Below the pieces are notes generated by a model, which worked only from the letters and a program-made list of their open reading frames with translations, searched no databases and was not told the origin of the DNA. From an uncultured Acidobacteriota bacterium (GTDB taxonomy: Bacteria > Acidobacteriota > UBA890), in the NCBI GenBank assembly GCA_964430745.1, contig CAYSHI010000304.1:5180-69179 (forward strand): a DNA stretch of 64,000 nucleotides, given 5' to 3'. A program made the translations under genes and the position numbers. Of the stretch, positions 58,872 through 64,000 are shown piece after piece. Every line of letters starts with the position of its first letter. Positions within the stretch are counted from its first letter, which is position 1.

Positions 58872-60133
58872 GCCGGCCTCCCCTCATCGACCGGCGCCGC
58901 GTGCAGAAGCTGAACGAACGGAGCGCCGAGCGCCGGACGGCGCTCCAGCGTCCGGATGACCGCGCGCACTAACGGCGGACGGCGCAACAGCCATGCAAGT
59001 GCTCGACAAGCGCGCTGCGACCGTGCCAGTTCCCGCCTGTGAACGTGGCTCCATACGCCCACCAGATCATCCGACCAACGCTCCAACGCCCGCTCCAGGA
59101 TCGGCCCGAGGCTCACCGCCGATCGGACGGCCCAACCGATCCCTTCGCCCGTGAATGGCTCGACGTAACCCGCTGCGTCCCCGGCGGAAAACACTCGCTC
59201 AGCGGCAAGCCGAGGCGGGCGTTGGTCGAGGCGCGGAGTACCTGCCCAACGAGCGCGCGCCAATCCTTCGACGGGATCGAAGCCGGCGCCCTGCAGTATC
59301 CTCTGAGCAGTCTCCGCCAGACCCTCCTGGCGGACGGCCCGCGGATCGAGCGCCGCGGCGACGTTCAAGAGGCCGGCCTCGAGACGGACCACACCTACAT
59401 AACCCTCTTTCCCGACAGCCATGAAGATGGTTCCCGGCCGATAACCCGGCACGGGGGCGTCGATCGTGGCACTGCAGCCGATGCGCGATCCGACACGAAC
59501 CGTTCCGCTCCCGGCAGCCGGCGCAGGATCGCGCTGTTGCCGAGCGAGCAACCTGCTGCCGAGTCCGGATGCGTCGATCACGATCCGGGCGGCCACGTCG
59601 TGGCGGGCACCCGCCGAGCGCAGCACCGCGTGGCGCCGGTCGGCGTCAGCGGCGCCTATCGCAGCGCTGTGCGCAGGCAGGAAGTCCGCTCCGGCCTCCA
59701 CCGCCTCGGCAACCAGGGCGGCGTCCATGGCGCGCCGCGAGATCGACAGCCCCACCGGGAGGGACAGCTCCGCGGCGCGACTCCATCCTCCCAGTCGCAG
59801 GCGGCGCACCTCTCTCCCACCGAGGGCCGCGACAACTCGTCCCAGGCCGGCGGCGTCCATGGCCGCCAGTGTTCGGGCGCTCAAGCACCCCCCGCAAACC
59901 TTGTCGCGAGGAAACGTGCTGCGGTCGACGAGCAGGACGCTTCGACCGTTGACCGCCGCCTGCCGTGAGATCAAGGCGCCTGCCGGACCCGCCCCAATGA
60001 CCATGACGTCCCACAAACGGTCACTCGCAGTCGCCGCGCTCGTCGTCGCCGCGTTCGTCCTCGCAGTCGCCCCGTTCGTCGTCGCCGTCGCCGCGTTCGT
60101 CGTTGCCGCGCTCGCCGTCGCCGCGGCGGTCAT
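58868..60133 (-). CDS. FAD-dependent oxidoreductase (geranylgeranyl-reductase/flavin monooxygenase-like) with Thr/Ala-rich N-terminal repeat
   Basis: ATGA overlaps with both neighbours; DVMVIGAGPAG...CGG dinucleotide-binding motif; N-terminal 36 aa TA-rich tract encoded by a 15-21-bp tandem repeat (60001-60125). Confidence 0.75.
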   Translation of the reverse strand: MTAAATASAATTNAATATTNGATARTNAATTSAATASDRLWDVMVIGAGPAGALISRQAAVNGRSVLLVDRSTFPRDKVCGGCLSARTLAAMDAAGLGRVVAALGGREVRRLRLGGWSRAAELSLPVGLSISRRAMDAALVAEAVEAGADFLPAHSAAIGAADADRRHAVLRSAGARHDVAARIVIDASGLGSRLLARQQRDPAPAAGSGTVRVGSRIGCSATIDAPVPGYRPGTIFMAVGKEGYVGVVRLEAGLLNVAAALDPRAVRQEGLAETAQRILQGAGFDPVEGLARARWAGTPRLDQRPPRLAAERVFSAGDAAGYVEPFTGEGIGWAVRSAVSLGPILERALERWSDDLVGVWSHVHRRELARSQRACRALAWLLRRPPLVRAVIRTLERRPALGAPFVQLLHAAPVDEGRPA

Positions 60134-60795
60134 GGCTTGACCCAGGTGAGGCTGTAGCGACGAGGCCAGCAGCGCCTCACGCGCGCCGACAGCCCTGCGC
60201 GCTGCGCCAAGCCAACGGCCTCCGAGGGCGTGAAGGAGGCACGCACCGATATCGGCCCGTCGTTGCGGGCGACACCGGATCGGGTAAGAACGCGCAGGCC
60301 GGCGTAGGCGAGGGCATAGCCGATCCGACTTCGTTCGAGATCCTGGACAACGAGCATGCGCCGCGTCGCCGCCGCCATCCGCGCCAACAGGCCGACGGCC
60401 TGCGCCTCGTCGAGGTGATGCAAGAAGAGCGTGCTGCAGATTACGTCGGCGTCCCTCGGCAGGTCATCACAAAGCACATCGAGGTGGAAGAACCGTGCCG
60501 TCGAACCCGACTCCGCCGCCCTCTCGGTGGCCATCGCCACAGCAACCGGGCTGGCGTCGCACCCGCTTACCTCCAGGCCGACGCCCGCTCGTTTCGCCCG
60601 GTTCTCGAGACCTACGGCCACATCCCCACCCCCACAGGCAATATCGAGCACGCGCCACGGACGCTCGGCCCGACGCGGCATCAACGAACGGATGTCTGAC
60701 CACAGGTGCGCAGCGCTGCGCGATACGTGATTGACGCGTCGTAGGGCCTCGAGGGCGCGCCGGTGGCGAGACTCGTCGAGATTCGGCGAGTCCAT
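60130..60795 (-). CDS. class I SAM-dependent methyltransferase
   Basis: Start at internal ATG 60795; SAM motif VLDIACGGGDV; first gene of the MT-oxidoreductase-PKS operon. Confidence 0.7.
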   Translation of the reverse strand: MDSPNLDESRHRRALEALRRVNHVSRSAAHLWSDIRSLMPRRAERPWRVLDIACGGGDVAVGLENRAKRAGVGLEVSGCDASPVAVAMATERAAESGSTARFFHLDVLCDDLPRDADVICSTLFLHHLDEAQAVGLLARMAAATRRMLVVQDLERSRIGYALAYAGLRVLTRSGVARNDGPISVRASFTPSEAVGLAQRAGLSARVRRCWPRRYSLTWVKP

Positions 60796-61000
60796 GATCT
60801 CGGGTTGGCGACAGCGTCGAAGATGGTGCACGCAACGAGTATAGTCAGGTGCCGCGCCGTCGTGCCGAGCCGACCTCGGGCGGGTATTCGCCGGCTGACA
60901 GACCTTCGGCGAAGTTCCGCCCCCGGTGAGGGGTTTCCGGCGGGGCGCTAGCTGCGTACACTTGCGCACAGCAACGCGCACTTATGCGCAGGATTTCACC

Positions 61001-61029
61001 TTGACACTCTAGCGATCGATCCATAGAGT
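61001..61029 (+). promoter_or_regulatory. sigma70-type promoter TTGACA-N17-TAGAGT with embedded 24-bp near-palindrome (operator)
   Basis: Perfect -35, 17-bp spacer, good -10. Spacer plus -10 form actctagcGATCGATCcatagagt (20/24 symmetric). Three TGCGCA-like half-sites just upstream (60963-60990). Confidence 0.5.
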
Positions 61030-61149
61030 AGAACACACTTGAGCTTGTTCATACGCACCCGTGAACAGCCCTCGCCTGCCGGGAGTTCCTCGCTCCAGAG
61101 CAGTTGGAGGGAGGCGCGGACACTGTCCGGTACGCTGAAGGAGAATGCA

Positions 61150-61341
61150 ATGCAGGAAACGCGACCAACCATCATGACGCTGGACGAAGTAGCCAAGTTT
61201 CTTCGTCTGCACAAATCCACCGTGTATCGGATGGCGCGCGAGGGACGGCTACCCGGCAACAAGGTGGCCGGACAGTGGCGTTTCAAGAAGGAGCGCTTGG
61301 TCGAGTGGTTCGAGAAGCAGCAGGAATTGGGCGAGCTCTGA
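61150..61341 (+). CDS. excisionase-family (HTH_17) DNA-binding protein (63 aa)
   Basis: RBS aaggag; PTIMTLDEVAKFLRLHKSTVYRMAREGRLPGNKVAGQWRFKKERLVEWF; paralog of 63064..63294. Confidence 0.6.
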   Translation: MQETRPTIMTLDEVAKFLRLHKSTVYRMAREGRLPGNKVAGQWRFKKERLVEWFEKQQELGEL

Positions 61342-61462
61342 CGCCCCAACCCCCTCACGGGGGGCCCGACAGTGGCCCCGGCCCAGCCAGCTTGAAGCTC
61401 CCGCGCTCTTGGAAAGCCTCCGGCACCCGGGGCAGGCGCGTCGATGAATCCTACGCTTCTAC

Positions 61463-62029
61463 TCAGCCGAAGAGCGCGTGGTGCAGCTCGGGGCCGAGTT
61501 CCCGAGCGTCGTCCTCGCTGAGCTCCGTAAGCCGGTAAGGCAGCAGCGGGGGGCTCTCCACCTCGTGCAGGAAGTAGTCGGGACCCACGAGGAACTCGCG
61601 CCGGGCCGGAAGGTAATACACGGTCGCCACACGTACCTCCGGCGTATTTCGGCGCGCCGTGCGCCGCAGATACCTCATGACCTCGTAGATCGTGCGCCCG
61701 GTGTTGAAAACGTCGTCTACGAGCAGCAGTTGATCATCCGCTTCGACGACATCGAGCACGTGCTCGAAGCCCTTGATGTCGAAACCGTCGCCGTGGAGCA
61801 CTCCCTCGAGCGACTGCGTGCGAATGGCCGTGTGGTACGGATCGTGGCCCTTCCAGCGAAAGAACTCCTGGATCACGATTCCCGGGGGAGCGCCGCCTCG
61901 CCACAACCCGATGAGAAAATCGGGCCGATATCCGTCGTCCCATATGCGGCGGGCCAACCGAAAACAATCGATGAGGTAGTCGTTGGGGTCGACGACACGG
62001 CGTCGGCTCGCCCCTTCCGCCTCGCTCAC
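61463..62029 (-). CDS. type I phosphoribosyltransferase-family protein (purine PRTase-like)
   Basis: 188 aa; PRPP-binding motif LLLVDDVFNTGRT. Confidence 0.7.
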   Translation of the reverse strand: MSEAEGASRRRVVDPNDYLIDCFRLARRIWDDGYRPDFLIGLWRGGAPPGIVIQEFFRWKGHDPYHTAIRTQSLEGVLHGDGFDIKGFEHVLDVVEADDQLLLVDDVFNTGRTIYEVMRYLRRTARRNTPEVRVATVYYLPARREFLVGPDYFLHEVESPPLLPYRLTELSEDDARELGPELHHALFG

Positions 62030-62757
62030 GCCGCCGGCGGGGGGAGCTTCGGGATGCGCAGCTTGTGGGCATTCTTGCTCCGCCGCTCCTCGACGCAGGC
62101 CGCCAGCGCTTCACTCCCCTCGCCGCCCACGAGATAGCGATCCAGGTCGTCGTACGAAAACCCTAGCTCCTCTTCGTCCGACTGCCCCGGCCACATTCCC
62201 GCGCTCGGCGGCTTGGAGATGACCGAATCCGGGACACCGAGGTACGACGCCAACTCGCAGACCTCGTGCTTGACGAGGTGGCCGAGCGGCAGCAAATCGA
62301 CGCCTCCATCGCCATATTTGGTGAAATAGCCGAGCGTGAGCTCCGTGCGGTTCCCGGTGCCAACAACGAGGTACCGATTGCGAGCCGCGAAAAAGTACAC
62401 GGCCGCCATGCGCAGGCGAGGTTTGAGATTGTTCAGCGGCAGGTCATCGTGACTACCCTGCCCGGGCTCGCCGAGAGTCTGCACGAAGGCCCGAAAAACG
62501 GGGCTGAGGTCGACTTCACGGTACTTTAGACGAAACTTCTCGATCAGCAGCAGGGCGTCGTCTCGGTCGCGCGCATCGGACTCGATCGGCATGATAACGG
62601 CCAGGTGCTCATCGCGGAACGCCCGACGCGCCAAAACGGCCACGGTGGCGGAGTCCACCCCACCGGAAAGGCCGAAAACCACGCCGCGACAGCCCGCGGC
62701 CTCGACTTCAGAACGCAGCCAGTTGACCAGACTGTCGGAAAGTTGCTCGGCGTTCAC
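62026..62757 (-). CDS. nadE: NH3-dependent NAD+ synthetase
   Basis: 243 aa; PP-loop ATP pyrophosphatase motif GLSGGVDS; 4-bp overlap with downstream PRTase. Confidence 0.85.
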   Translation of the reverse strand: MNAEQLSDSLVNWLRSEVEAAGCRGVVFGLSGGVDSATVAVLARRAFRDEHLAVIMPIESDARDRDDALLLIEKFRLKYREVDLSPVFRAFVQTLGEPGQGSHDDLPLNNLKPRLRMAAVYFFAARNRYLVVGTGNRTELTLGYFTKYGDGGVDLLPLGHLVKHEVCELASYLGVPDSVISKPPSAGMWPGQSDEEELGFSYDDLDRYLVGGEGSEALAACVEERRSKNAHKLRIPKLPPPAA

Positions 62758-63063
62758 CTCGGATCTCCGATCACGAGACGGGCGGGACCAACCATGTGTC
62801 CCCGAAGGGTGACCCGGATGTTAGGGGAGCCGGATGTAGCGGTCAATCGCGTTGTCACTGCCCTCCGCGCGACCGGACCGAGAGACCTGGTGACGCGGAC
62901 GAAACGCAGTGAAAAGCCTCTTGAGCACATAAGAACGCCTTATCAGACAAAATTGGAGAGCTTTCATGTGTGCTTTGGCGTATTGCACAGATCTGCTACA
63001 CTAAACCCCAGATTTGGAGATTATTGATTACTAACTCACAACTCCACACACTCTGCGGGACCA

Positions 63064-63294
63064 ATGGTTATGACGGACTCAACAAAGGCGAGCGTCGAAC
63101 GACGCCCCACAATCATGACCCTCGACGAGGTCGCCAAGTACCTCCGGGTCCACAAGTCGACCGTCTACCGGATGGCGCGGGAGGGTGCGATTCCTTCGAC
63201 GAAGGTCGCCAACCAGTGGCGCTTCAAGAAGGCCCGGATCGACGAGTGGTTGATGGAGCGAGAGCGCGAGGGCGACGTCGACTTCGACGAATAG
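63064..63294 (+). CDS. excisionase-family (HTH_17) DNA-binding protein (76 aa)
   Basis: PTIMTLDEVAKYLRVHKSTVYRMAREGAIPSTKVANQWRFKKARIDEWL; preceded by an AT-rich roughly 180-bp region (62880-63060). Confidence 0.6.
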   Translation: MVMTDSTKASVERRPTIMTLDEVAKYLRVHKSTVYRMAREGAIPSTKVANQWRFKKARIDEWLMEREREGDVDFDE

Positions 63295-63373
63295 CCCGGT
63301 TCGCAGGGCACGATCGTGCCCACCGGCCCGGCACCGGCCGCAACTGAACAAGCCCCAGGGGCTGGGCTGACGG

Positions 63374-64000
63374 TTAGCTGGTTATCGCCCCGCGTACCTC
63401 GTCGTACGTCACCACGTTGTACTGCTCGTGTAGCTCGCGAACGAGCGACTCGAAAAGGCTGCCCCGCCGCTGGTTGAGAATGTCCCCGCGGAGCGTCTCC
63501 TTCTCGACGGCGAACTGCCCCCAATCCGGCTGTACGTGTGCGGTAACGCGGAAAAGCGCGTACCCCTGATCCACCTCCACCGGTCCGCCGGTCTCGCCCT
63601 CGCCCAGCTCGAACGCCGCCAGCACCAGGGCCGGCTGACTGCCGAGGTCCGGCACCACGCCATGGCGGGGGATCAGCTCGGTGGATCGGCCCGCCGCGCC
63701 GACTTCCTCTGCCAGAACGTTGAACGGCTCGCCCTGCCGCAATCGCTCGCCCAGGTCCGCGGCGACCTCGCCGGCTCTTTCCTCGGCGAGCTGGCGAATG
63801 AGGTCGGCCCGCACGGCGGCCTCCACCTCGGAAAACTCGGGATCATGCGCCTCCGCGACCTCGTCGACGCGGAAGATCACGTACCCGTCACCGAAGCGGA
63901 TAGGCTCGGAGACGCGACCGCGACCGGTCGCGAAAGCCTGGCGGGCGAAGTCGGCAGAGAGAACTTCCGGAAGTCCGGCCGCCTGAGTGAACATCGGGCT
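63374..64000 (-). CDS. peptidyl-prolyl cis-trans isomerase/chaperone (SurA/PpiD-like), N-terminal part outside window
   Basis: C-terminal parvulin-like and chaperone-like region; the ORF continues beyond the window end. Confidence 0.5.
   Translation of the reverse strand, partial: SPMFTQAAGLPEVLSADFARQAFATGRGRVSEPIRFGDGYVIFRVDEVAEAHDPEFSEVEAAVRADLIRQLAEERAGEVAADLGERLRQGEPFNVLAEEVGAAGRSTELIPRHGVVPDLGSQPALVLAAFELGEGETGGPVEVDQGYALFRVTAHVQPDWGQFAVEKETLRGDILNQRRGSLFESLVRELHEQYNVVTYDEVRGAITS

Noticed and set aside
1-64000. CRISPR arrays, tRNA/rRNA genes, transposases/integrases, prophage genes
   Set aside because: No regularly spaced direct repeats. No tRNA-like T-loop/acceptor arrangements in intergenic regions. 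No DDE/tyrosine-recombinase motifs in any frame that I could recognise

Overview
This is a high-GC (about 68-70%) bacterial chromosomal segment with dense coding on both strands. I found no rRNA, tRNA, CRISPR array, transposase or integrase. The many long antisense ORFs in the six-frame track are stop-codon-poor GC artefacts.

Content, left to right:
(1) A near-complete histidine operon, hisC(partial)-hisH-hisA-hisB-hisF-hisN-hisIE, with ATGA-type start/stop overlaps.
(2) An Mre11/SbcD-like nuclease translationally coupled to a Rad50/SbcC-like ATPase. The ATPase carries a transmembrane hairpin where the zinc hook normally sits.
(3) A Tat-exported three-subunit molybdenum hydroxylase (2Fe-2S / Moco / FAD, PaoABC-like order) plus a small Cys-rich ORF.
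(4) An accessory patch holding a perfect 33-bp inverted repeat flanking 206 bp, two secreted proteins of unknown function, a tandem-repeat tract, a HARE-HTH-like protein and an ECF sigma/anti-sigma pair.
(5) A sigma54 cassette: a UAS palindrome plus a good -24/-12 promoter, then an NHL-repeat protein and a small 8-Cys peptide, with the cognate enhancer-binding protein encoded convergently.
(6) An outer-membrane beta-barrel protein, an alpha/beta hydrolase, pyruvate kinase (no canonical start codon), two class I aminotransferases, an ACT protein, DUF2231, a hydroxyacid dehydrogenase, and a candidate sRNA bounded by a promoter and an intrinsic terminator.
(7) A small-protein/lipoprotein/beta-barrel operon convergent with a GAF-sigma54 regulator and a TPR lipoprotein.
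(8) An O-methyltransferase, a GGCT-like protein, an excisionase-family HTH, a hemerythrin and a small membrane protein.
(9) A roughly 17.5-kb exopolysaccharide locus: ExeA-like ATPase, HD-GYP, Wza, Wzc, Wzy/ligase-like, four GT4 glycosyltransferases, a PHP-like protein, WbqC, a PIG-L deacetylase, a DegT aminotransferase and a WecA-HAD fusion.
(10) A translationally coupled methyltransferase / FAD-oxidoreductase / type III PKS operon (Srs-like phenolic-lipid cluster). It is divergent from a small HTH_17 regulator whose promoter contains a palindromic operator.
(11) A phosphoribosyltransferase, nadE, a second HTH_17 paralog and a partial PPIase.

All product calls rest on motif recognition in the translations. 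No database searches were run.
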